Shown here one piece after another: positions 1-4,727 of a stretch of DNA of 5,647 nucleotides. The stretch's first letter is position 1; each line of letters begins with the position of its first letter. The DNA lies in IMG/VR virus record IMGVR_UViG_3300007505_000271, positions 1-5,647 of that record; one strand, written 5' to 3'. The notes below the pieces were generated by a model. That model did not search any database. It saw nothing but the letters and a program-made list of their open reading frames with translations, and was not told the origin of the DNA. This stretch comes from a virus. A program made the translations under genes and the position numbers.

Positions 1-12
1 GGTGTCACTCCG

Positions 13-39
13 CACACTTACATCAAGGAAGTAAGTGTG
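13..39 (-). other. Hairpin with 9-bp stem and 9-nt loop (copy 1 of the 4691-4717 element) in the VP3-VP8 intergenic region
   Basis: CACACTTAC (13-21) / loop atcaaggaa / GTAAGTGTG (31-39), a perfect inverted repeat. Confidence 0.7.
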
Positions 40-60
40 GCGAGCGAAACTGACCTAAGG

Positions 61-543
61 TCAGCTTCGCTTTTCATCCTTCGGCTTCGCCTCAGGAGGA
101 TTGACGAGCTCGACCTTTGCAGGTGGAGGCTCGACAGGATCGGGGGCAGCAAGGCCCCATTCTTGGAGATCCTTTTTGTTTTTGGGATCCTGAGCAAATT
201 CAACGAATTTGACAGGATCATTATCGAATTTGCGACGAACAGTCGCAGAGAGAGACATGAACGCAGAAGTAGCCTCGTTAAGAGTTTCGAGGGCGGTTTG
301 CATGTCAGGGACGTTAGAAACGTCCAGATAGCGGGGTTCACCCTTGTTGAGATTAGTAGGAGCGAGACCCGTGGCCTCGAAGCGAGCCATGAGGACGTTG
401 ATATCAGCGTCATCAGCAAATTCTTGCCGGGTCATAGAGGGATCATGGTTAGTATACGATGAAGCAATTCGCTCATCGTCAGATTGATGGACGACCATAG
501 AGGACATGAGTTCGCCATCAGAGTTACAGCCGCGGTAGCGCAT
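61..543 (-). CDS. VP3: VP3 internal scaffolding protein (gokushovirus type), 160 aa
   Basis: ORF-track 61..543. ATG start preceded by AGGA 9 nt upstream (aaaggatggtaaaacATG), 3 nt after the VP2 stop. Contains the MTRQEFADDADINVLMARF segment typical of gokushovirus VP3 as I remember it. Acidic/proline-rich C-terminus. Position after VP2 fits the family gene order. Confidence 0.85.
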   Translation of the reverse strand: MRYRGCNSDGELMSSMVVHQSDDERIASSYTNHDPSMTRQEFADDADINVLMARFEATGLAPTNLNKGEPRYLDVSNVPDMQTALETLNEATSAFMSLSATVRRKFDNDPVKFVEFAQDPKNKKDLQEWGLAAPDPVEPPPAKVELVNPPEAKPKDEKRS

Positions 544-546
544 GTT

Positions 547-1275
547 TTACCATCCTTTAAAGCGATTGTTGAAGGTATCGGACTGGTAGTGATTTTCACC
601 AGTCAGTTTATCCTTCCAGCTAGAGCCGGAAGAATGAGTTTCCGTCTTGTACGATTTCCAAGGCGCGACGGTATCAGAGAGTTTTTTAGCAGAGTTGAGA
701 ACGGGCGAGACCGCCCGTTCAGCTTCTTGGGCAGCGGTGCCAGCTTGCCGCACGGTTTTCATAGCCGACGTCCCCATGAGGGCAGCGTCGGTCCGTGCAT
801 TGAGGGCGCGCAGTTTAGCAGGATCAAGGTCCTGCGTTAAGATTTCACGCTCCGCAATAGACTTGACGTTTTGCGCATTTTTGAGAGCAGTATCAGCAGA
901 GATGTTTTTGTTAGTTTCTTGCATATTAGCAAGTTCGGCGGTTGCCCGCCGTACGGCGAGGCCCGTATTCACGGCCTCGCCGATAGGATTGCCCTCGATT
1001 TTCGGGGCAGTCAGCGCGGCCTGAGAGCCGCTTGGAGACGAAGCGCCGCCCTTTTGATAGGCCAGAATTGGGTTGAGACCAGCAGCCCGCATGTCGGCCA
1101 TCCCGCGTTGGTAAGCGGTATTGGACATGCGTTCTTGGAAGTCTCTGTTCAATTGGGCCTGAGCGGCGTTAGCTTCGTTAGTTTTTTCCGTGCTGTTCAT
1201 ATTGAACAGCCCGGTTAGGGTGCTGCCGACACCAGAGATTGCAGCACCCATTAGCATATCGTCGACACCGAACAT
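547..1275 (-). CDS. VP2: VP2 minor capsid / DNA pilot protein, 242 aa
   Basis: ORF-track 547..1275. ATG preceded by AAGGAG with a 9-nt spacer (ctAAGGAGactaccaatATG). Contains the FQERMSNTAYQRGMADMRAAGLNPILAY segment that matches the conserved VP2 motif remembered for Gokushovirinae. Gly/Ala-rich N-terminus. Confidence 0.9.
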   Translation of the reverse strand: MFGVDDMLMGAAISGVGSTLTGLFNMNSTEKTNEANAAQAQLNRDFQERMSNTAYQRGMADMRAAGLNPILAYQKGGASSPSGSQAALTAPKIEGNPIGEAVNTGLAVRRATAELANMQETNKNISADTALKNAQNVKSIAEREILTQDLDPAKLRALNARTDAALMGTSAMKTVRQAGTAAQEAERAVSPVLNSAKKLSDTVAPWKSYKTETHSSGSSWKDKLTGENHYQSDTFNNRFKGW

Positions 1276-1305
1276 ATTGGTAGTCTCCTTAGGTTACAGC
1301 GCATC

Positions 1306-1350
1306 CAAATCACTCCGGGAGATGCAAGAGGCATCTCCCTACGTGATTTG
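1306..1350 (-). other. Bipartite 17-bp extended hairpin in the VP1-VP2 intergenic region, about 16 nt upstream of the VP2 SD on the sense strand
   Basis: Outer stem CAAATCAC (1306-1313) / GTGATTTG (1343-1350). Inner stem GGGAGATGC (1317-1325) / GCATCTCCC (1331-1339), loop aagag, symmetric 3x3 internal loop. Confidence 0.7.
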
Positions 1351-1356
1351 ACGCGC

Positions 1357-1385
1357 AGGGAGGAAGTAAGGAAGGAAGGAAGAGG
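1357..1385. repeat. Polypurine (+) / polypyrimidine (sense strand) tract with (AAGG)3 microsatellite core
   Basis: agggaggaagtaaggaaggaaggaagagg: 28 of 29 bases are purines. AAGG is repeated in tandem over 1368-1382 and forms a mirror repeat. No ATG follows on the + strand. Confidence 0.8.
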
Positions 1386-1397
1386 CCATCCGGGAAC

Positions 1398-1412
1398 GGA
1401 AGCTTCGCTTCC
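1398..1412. other. Small hairpin (6-bp stem)
   Basis: GGAAGC (1398-1403) ttc GCTTCC (1407-1412). Confidence 0.4.
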
Positions 1413-1452
1413 TAGGGGCGTATGTTGCCCTTACACCGGAGGGACACGCGGT

Positions 1453-1470
1453 AGTCAGAACAAGCTGACT
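1453..1470. other. Small hairpin (6-bp stem, 6-nt loop)
   Basis: AGTCAG (1453-1458) aacaag CTGACT (1465-1470). Confidence 0.45.
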
Positions 1471-1477
1471 TACGCTT

Positions 1478-1502
1478 AAGGGGACCCCAGTGGGGTCCCC
1501 TT
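1478..1502 (-). terminator. GC-rich 11-bp hairpin 13 nt after the VP1 stop; terminator-like or mRNA-stabilising, but without a U-tract
   Basis: AAGGGGACCCC (1478-1488) agt GGGGTCCCCTT (1492-1502). On the sense strand it follows the VP1 TAG (1516-1518) and is followed by aagcgtaag, so there is no T-run outside the stem. Confidence 0.4.
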
Positions 1503-1515
1503 CGCAACCCCCCGC

Positions 1516-3096
1516 CTAGAAGTGATCTATGAGTCCAGGCACGCCATAGACAGGCATGGGGCGAGCACAGCGATAACGGAAGTAGCCATCGAATAGGAGA
1601 TCAGGCTCCGAAGGGACAGCGACGACGCGATCGACAGGAGGATTTTCCTCGATGAACGCAGCGTTGAGAGCCGGAGCAGTGGCGAAGTTTTGAGCAAGAT
1701 GCCACGTATCCAGAGGAACGGCAGAGTTAGAACGCATCCGACCAGTAATCATGGACGGTTTGTAGCGGTATTCCGCATAGCGTTCTTGATAGCCGAAGGC
1801 AGCGTCGGCAGTACCAGCGACATAAGGCGACGCGAGATAGATTTCTTTGTTAGCCACGACCTGTTCGCCAATGTGCGACAGAGCGGGCCAGTAGAAATCA
1901 AAGCGAGTGGAGCGAGACCACATTTTGTTGAGGCCCTGCTGATAGTTCAGATCAGCACGAGCAGAGATGAGGCCCAGAACGATAGTATGCTCAGTGAAAG
2001 ATTTAGAGAAGCCGACACGGCCTGAGGAGAAAGTACCCATAGCTGCAAGATTTCCTTGAGGCGAGGGCTGTGTGGCTGTCGAAGAAGTCTGAGCGATCGG
2101 ATTAACGTTAAGAGGTACAGAGCCACCACCGAGATATTCAGGACGGTTGAGGCGAGCGTCAGGAGAAGTAACGCCGAAGTGAGCACGAATAAGCTCCGTA
2201 TAGCGAGTACCGCCACGGGCGTCACGTTCGTAAATCTTTTGAACTTGGAACGCCTGACGTAGCGCGTTGATGGTTGAGGCGGTGGCAGTGGTGAGATCGG
2301 CATAGAGAGCGCCGGCAGGAGGCCCGAGCGAGATATTGACCGGGCCGGTTGCGGCAGTGAGGGCGCCGGTGCCAGCAGCACCTGAGATGGCGCCAGAGGC
2401 CGCAGAGTTAGTACCAGCAGAGAAAGCCGTCCAGGTACCGGCATTGTTGCCGCGAAGGACGGGAGCAGATGTTCCGAGAGGGAGGCTTACAGCCGGACCC
2501 TTTTGGGGCCACGGGAGGGCCGAGGTGAAGTAATCGTGGCGTTTGCCACGGCGAAGCAATGTGTAAAGCGTCGGGGCGTCCGGCCCGTCACCTTTAGGGA
2601 CGGAGACAGAATTTTGCAGATTTTGATCACGGAACCACTCGTTATAGATGAGGTTATAGGCCCGCAGGAAGAGAGCAGAATGAGGCATCCCTTGGATTTT
2701 TGTAGGGAGACCCATGTAGTCGTATATGGTTTGCTCACCATACCCGCCAGCGCCGGAAGTAATCGTGGGGATGATGAAAGAGGTGGAGTCACCCGGGTTG
2801 GGTTGCTCACCCATAAACCGTTGGAAGTTATCCCACACGAGGCGGAGCGGGACAGCGAAGAAGAAGACATCGATAAACATATTATCCATGAAGGGATGCA
2901 GCGGCGTAGCGAGACGGCCGAACATGGACATATTGAGATTGAAGGAGTCGCCCGGGAGGGCTTCGTCAACGAAGATGGGGACTAGGTAACCCGCATCGAA
3001 GGTAGTTTTAAGACCGTGGGACCGGTCGAAGCTAGAGCGCGGAATGTCAGCTTCCGGGACTTTGCTGAATTGATGGGCCATGACAGACCTAGACAT
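1516..3096 (-). CDS. VP1: VP1 major capsid protein (Microviridae F-like jelly-roll, gokushovirus type), 526 aa
   Basis: ORF-track 1516..3096. ATG at 3096 preceded by GAGGACT with a 6-nt spacer. N-terminus FSKVPEADIPRSSFDRSHGLKTTFDAGYLVPIFVDEALPGDSF, plus LPWPQKG and ERDARGGTRYTELIRAHFGV, are hallmark gokushovirus VP1 blocks as I remember them. Size is typical of the family. Confidence 0.97.
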   Translation of the reverse strand: MSRSVMAHQFSKVPEADIPRSSFDRSHGLKTTFDAGYLVPIFVDEALPGDSFNLNMSMFGRLATPLHPFMDNMFIDVFFFAVPLRLVWDNFQRFMGEQPNPGDSTSFIIPTITSGAGGYGEQTIYDYMGLPTKIQGMPHSALFLRAYNLIYNEWFRDQNLQNSVSVPKGDGPDAPTLYTLLRRGKRHDYFTSALPWPQKGPAVSLPLGTSAPVLRGNNAGTWTAFSAGTNSAASGAISGAAGTGALTAATGPVNISLGPPAGALYADLTTATASTINALRQAFQVQKIYERDARGGTRYTELIRAHFGVTSPDARLNRPEYLGGGSVPLNVNPIAQTSSTATQPSPQGNLAAMGTFSSGRVGFSKSFTEHTIVLGLISARADLNYQQGLNKMWSRSTRFDFYWPALSHIGEQVVANKEIYLASPYVAGTADAAFGYQERYAEYRYKPSMITGRMRSNSAVPLDTWHLAQNFATAPALNAAFIEENPPVDRVVAVPSEPDLLFDGYFRYRCARPMPVYGVPGLIDHF

Positions 3097-3102
3097 AAAG
3101 GC

Positions 3103-3147
3103 AGTCCTCGCATAGTTAGAGACAGGGCAATGTCGCCCTGGAGGACT
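3103..3147. promoter_or_regulatory. Nested dyad between the divergent VP1 and orf58 starts; each outer arm reads GAGGACT (SD) on the strand of the gene next to it
   Basis: Outer arms AGTCCTC (3103-3109) / GAGGACT (3141-3147). Inner arms CAGGGC (3123-3128) / GCCCTG (3135-3140), loop aatgtc, 13-nt one-sided bulge. VP1 reads GAGGACT-gccttt-ATG and orf58 reads GAGGACT-atagc-ATG. Confidence 0.6.
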
Positions 3148-3175
3148 ATAGCATGGCGATTCGGGTAGAGATCAA
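3145..3175 (-). promoter_or_regulatory. Candidate sigma70-type extended -10 promoter for VP1 (late operon), lying inside the 5' end of orf58
   Basis: Sense strand reads TTGATC (complement of 3170-3175), a 19-nt spacer, then TGcTATAGT (complement of 3145-3153). The -10 matches 5/6 with a TGn extension; the -35 matches 4/6 and the spacer is long. Identified by eye only. Confidence 0.3.
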
Positions 3176-3329
3176 CCGGGATTATCTGGAGAAGGCCCTT
3201 GATATGGCGGCCGGCGCGGCCACAAGGGCGAGCAATCAGAAGGGTATCAACCCGTTGATCAGGGAGATACATCAGAAGGACGCGGCAGCGTGGGTAGACG
3301 CAAAGAGATCGATTACCGAAGTGAAGTAA
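3153..3329 (+). CDS. Hypothetical 58-aa protein on the strand opposite all other genes (MAIRVEINRDYLEKALDMAAGAATRASNQKGINPLIREIHQKDAAAWVDAKRSITEVK); possible ribbon-helix-helix-like small DNA-binding protein
   Basis: Hand-translated; too short for the ORF track. ATG at 3153, TAA at 3327-3329. GGAGGA at 3140-3145, 7 nt upstream of the ATG. The stop is followed after 6 nt by a hairpin plus a T7 terminator. It fills a gap with no credible sense-strand ORF. Codon first positions are strongly purine-biased, as expected for a real reading frame, and residue composition is balanced and helical-looking. There is no homology evidence. Confidence 0.45.
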   Translation: MAIRVEINRDYLEKALDMAAGAATRASNQKGINPLIREIHQKDAAAWVDAKRSITEVK

Positions 3330-3330
3330 G

Positions 3331-3360
3331 AGAAAGGGGCCCCGAAGGGCCCCTTTTTTT
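3331..3360. terminator. Bidirectional rho-independent terminator between the convergent VP5 and orf58
   Basis: agaaa-GGGGCCC (3336-3342) cgaa GGGCCCC (3347-3353)-ttttttt. On the + strand the stem is followed by 7 T. On the - strand the loop reads UUCG (a C(UUCG)G tetraloop) and is followed by TTTCTCTT. It starts directly at the VP5 stop codon. Confidence 0.75.
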
Positions 3361-3613
3361 ACACAGTTTTAATTATGAGAGATAAGCAGGAGGTGATTTG
3401 CTCCGGAGGTGCGGTGCTAAATACACCATCTGCATCATCGAAAGACCCGAGTTTAAACAGAGTGTAGTCGGCCGCATGCTTAGAGAATTCATGTTTGGGA
3501 TCATTAACAGCGTCTGTGAGAGAGCGCAGCGCCGATCCGAGAGACGGAGAGAAGAAGGGTTGCATAAAGGCCTGTACGGCCGAGTCGTAGACACTGAAAA
3601 TCTCCATTTTCAT
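3359..3613 (-). CDS. VP5: VP5-like non-structural protein (gokushovirus ORF5 family; proposed analogue of phiX174 protein C in ssDNA synthesis/packaging), 84 aa
   Basis: ORF-track 3359..3613. The start overlaps the VP4 stop in ATGA (3610-3613). The pattern F.V.D......QPFF....G.A.R.......D......K...DY.LF.LG.FDD..G matches the remembered ORF5 proteins of Chlamydia and Bdellovibrio microviruses. Position between VP4 and VP1 fits. Confidence 0.75.
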   Translation of the reverse strand: MKMEIFSVYDSAVQAFMQPFFSPSLGSALRSLTDAVNDPKHEFSKHAADYTLFKLGSFDDADGVFSTAPPEQITSCLSLIIKTV

Positions 3614-4524
3614 AGAGTTCGACCTTTAGTTTTGAGCTTAGCCATTGCGACTAGCTCCTTGGTTACACGGCGACGATTAGAGTTGTCGCGCCTGTCGATT
3701 TTACGACGGCGAGCGATTTTTAGCAATTCGAGACGAGCAGCACAAGTAGGAGAGTCAGCGGAATAGCGATTGTCATAGTATCGCGGAAGAGAAGAAGGGA
3801 CCCCGTTAACAATAACGTTGTCATGAGTGTACATTTCCCCTTTGTAGTTATCGTAGTAGGTGCCGCCGATGCCCGGACGGCGAGACATAGTAATAAATTC
3901 GGGAGTTCTGCCCGAATAGAAGTATTTATATTTAGGATTGGAGGGTTTGAGCTTTTTCATGCAGTATCGGGCGGTATAGGCGCAGGATTCAAAAGTAACA
4001 TCTCCAATAACGGAGTTGCCTGCAGTCCACAGTTTGGACAGGGTATTTGAGCTATAGAGATTATATTCCGATCCAGTAGTTTGTACTCGGAGATCATTGA
4101 ACGTGTGCGAGAGCAAGAGCACGTGATAGTGAGGACGATAGGTTGTTTCGCCATATTCACCACAAGCGAAGAACCGGACCGATGATGATCGAGACCCATT
4201 GTTACTGATTTCATAGTGTTTTCTGAGCCTTTTCATAAAGAGTTGCAGATCACGTAGAACAAGAGTTGGCAAACCCCCATCAGTGTGTGGGAGGTGCTTG
4301 TTGTCATAGGTGAGAGTGAGGAAGGCAGAGTTTTGATGCATACGCTTTTCATGCATGCATCTGAGCGCCCATTGGCGCGAGTGCTCGAGCTTGCAGCCGA
4401 AGCAGAGTCCGCAAGGGACTTTTATAGGGATGCCGGTTGCCGACTTGTCCTTACGAAAGACAAGCCGGCGATCGGGAGAGCCCTCAGCCGGATAATAGGC
4501 TGTGAGAGGGCCATAGCAGGGCAT
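3610..4524 (-). CDS. VP4: VP4 replication initiation protein (HUH rolling-circle endonuclease, phiX174 A-like), 304 aa
   Basis: ORF-track 3610..4524. RCR motif I FLTLTY (aa 68-73). HUH motif PHYHVLL (H132-Y133-H134). Motif III with paired tyrosines, AYTARYCMKK (Y183, Y187). Cys cluster CGLCFGC (aa 38-44). The N-terminus MPCYGPL is typical of the family. The ATG directly abuts the VP8 stop (TAGATG). Confidence 0.95.
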   Translation of the reverse strand: MPCYGPLTAYYPAEGSPDRRLVFRKDKSATGIPIKVPCGLCFGCKLEHSRQWALRCMHEKRMHQNSAFLTLTYDNKHLPHTDGGLPTLVLRDLQLFMKRLRKHYEISNNGSRSSSVRFFACGEYGETTYRPHYHVLLLSHTFNDLRVQTTGSEYNLYSSNTLSKLWTAGNSVIGDVTFESCAYTARYCMKKLKPSNPKYKYFYSGRTPEFITMSRRPGIGGTYYDNYKGEMYTHDNVIVNGVPSSLPRYYDNRYSADSPTCAARLELLKIARRRKIDRRDNSNRRRVTKELVAMAKLKTKGRTL

Positions 4525-4644
4525 CTAGAGCCGGATGCCCCCGCGCATGGGGGCAGACCGGATATTTTTTACGTGCGTGTGGGACGCACTGTGACGGAAT
4601 TTGGAGCGGGAGGCGCTCCTGGACAAACCGTGTCGTTTTGCCAT
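4525..4644 (-). CDS. VP8: Small highly basic DNA-binding protein (gokushovirus ORF8/VP8, functional analogue of phiX174 J), 39 aa: MAKRHGLSRSASRSKFRHSASHTHVKNIRSAPMRGGIRL
   Basis: Hand-translated; below the ORF-track size cutoff. ATG at 4644 preceded by AAGGA with a 7-nt spacer (aaAAGGAatcctctgATG). There is an in-frame stop 8 codons upstream. 14 of 39 residues are K/R/H and none are acidic. The C-terminal MRGGIRL resembles the RGG(I/R)RF ends I remember for the Chlamydia-phage and SpV4 ORF8 proteins. Its stop TAG (4525-4527) touches the VP4 ATG. Confidence 0.75.
   Translation of the reverse strand: MAKRHGLSRSASRSKFRHSASHTHVKNIRSAPMRGGIRL
4536..4555 (-). promoter_or_regulatory. 7-bp GC hairpin at the VP8 3' end, 12 nt upstream of the VP4 start; candidate translational throttle for Rep
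   Basis: TGCCCCC (4536-4542) gcgcat GGGGGCA (4549-4555), flanked by direct CCGGAT repeats (4531-4536 and 4558-4563). VP4 has no clear SD of its own (ggctctagATG). Confidence 0.45.
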
Positions 4645-4668
4645 CAGAGGATTCCTTTTTAGAGGTTA

Positions 4669-4689
4669 GGAGTGACTTGGTGTCACTCC
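4669..4689 (-). other. 8-bp hairpin in the VP3-VP8 intergenic region; spans the arbitrary linearisation point
   Basis: GGAGTGAC (4669-4676) ttggt GTCACTCC (4682-4689). Confidence 0.65.
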
Positions 4690-4690
4690 G

Positions 4691-4717
4691 CACACTTACA
4701 TCAAGGAAGTAAGTGTG
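4691..4717 (-). other. Hairpin with 9-bp stem and 9-nt loop (copy 2 of 13-39); sense-strand loop TTCCTTGAT; candidate origin or structural element
   Basis: CACACTTAC (4691-4699) atcaaggaa GTAAGTGTG (4709-4717). It lies 1 nt from the preceding hairpin. Confidence 0.7.
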
Positions 4718-4727
4718 GCGAGCGAAA

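Larger units (their letters stand above)
1..969. repeat. Terminal redundancy, copy 1; same sequence as 4679-5647, marking a circular 4678-nt genome linearised with overlap
   Basis: Sequence from position 1 (ggtgtcactccgcacactta...) restarts at 4679. The window end (ccgtatt, 5641-5647) matches 963-969. Four ORF-track entries recur with identical translations at offset 4678. Confidence 0.95.

Noticed and set aside
18-419. 133-aa same-strand ORF embedded out of frame in VP3 (also at 4696-5097), reminiscent of the phiX174 lysis gene E inside scaffold gene D
   Set aside because: The listed start is a TTG, and the first ATG (413) has no SD. There is no clean N-terminal transmembrane helix; Arg, Ser and Thr interrupt every hydrophobic run. 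The Leu/Ser richness is what the +1 frame of C/T-ending codons produces by itself.
1-969. 969-nt direct repeats at both window ends as LTR-like or IS-like mobile-element termini or a segmental duplication
   Set aside because: The repeat contains ordinary phage genes (VP3 and part of VP2). The offset equals one genome length and gene order is continuous across the junction. This is circular wrap-around, not a mobile element.
1357-1385. The purine tract read on the + strand as a string of SD sequences for a + strand gene
   Set aside because: No start codon follows at a usable distance. The nearest + strand ATG (1422) opens a 10-codon frame.
1947-2444. 165-aa same-strand ORF in the +1 frame of VP1 with long hydrophobic stretches, considered as a hidden lysis or membrane protein
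   Set aside because: No SD upstream of its ATG. The hydrophobic and Ser/Pro/Thr/Ala composition follows from third-position C/T bias of VP1 becoming second codon positions. The same pattern appears in the other embedded ORFs (2487-2969, 3373-3594, 3957-4214). Conservation analysis would be needed before any claim. No lysis gene is identified in this genome.
3198-3205. CTTGATAT on the + strand, an 8-nt match to the phiX174 origin core (CAACTTGATATT), with ACTATAG (also in the phiX origin) at 3145-3151
   Set aside because: It is on the strand complementary to the presumed viral (mRNA-sense) strand. It lies inside the orf58 reading frame, the two pieces are in the wrong order and spacing, and short matches like this are expected by chance.
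2982-3272. 96-aa minus-strand ORF covering part of the VP5-VP1 gap and overlapping the VP1 5' end
   Set aside because: No SD before its ATG (ccgcgtccttctgATG). Its Leu/Arg/Pro-rich composition is typical of a shadow frame. It is in exact antisense codon register with the better-supported + strand 58-aa ORF, and it runs 115 nt into VP1. It remains the main alternative if the antisense gene is wrong.
3361-3380. Search for a XerC/XerD dif-like site (E. coli-type ...ATAATGTATATTATGTTAAAT), since some enterobacterial gokushoviruses integrate at dif; the nearest hit is ttttaattatgag
   Set aside because: It shares only ATTATG and has no flanking arm similarity. No convincing dif-like 28-mer was seen anywhere by eye. 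The host's dif sequence is unknown, so this negative result is weak.
37-4662. Long + strand ORFs antisense to VP3, VP2, VP1, VP5 and VP4 (37-462, 484-840, 647-1024, 871-1218, 1690-2025, 2056-2262, 2336-2533, 2503-2985, 2726-2989, 3398-3766, 3823-4050, 4285-4662)
   Set aside because: All lie entirely opposite strongly supported genes. They have Arg/Ser/Gly-rich or otherwise odd compositions and no SD that I could see. These are ordinary antisense shadow ORFs.
4484-4693. 69-aa minus-strand ORF (GTG start) across the VP3-VP4 intergenic region
   Set aside because: It has a GTG start without an SD, sits inside hairpin sequence and runs into VP4. The overlapping 39-aa basic ORF in another frame has an ATG, an SD, a family-typical sequence and stop-start coupling to VP4.
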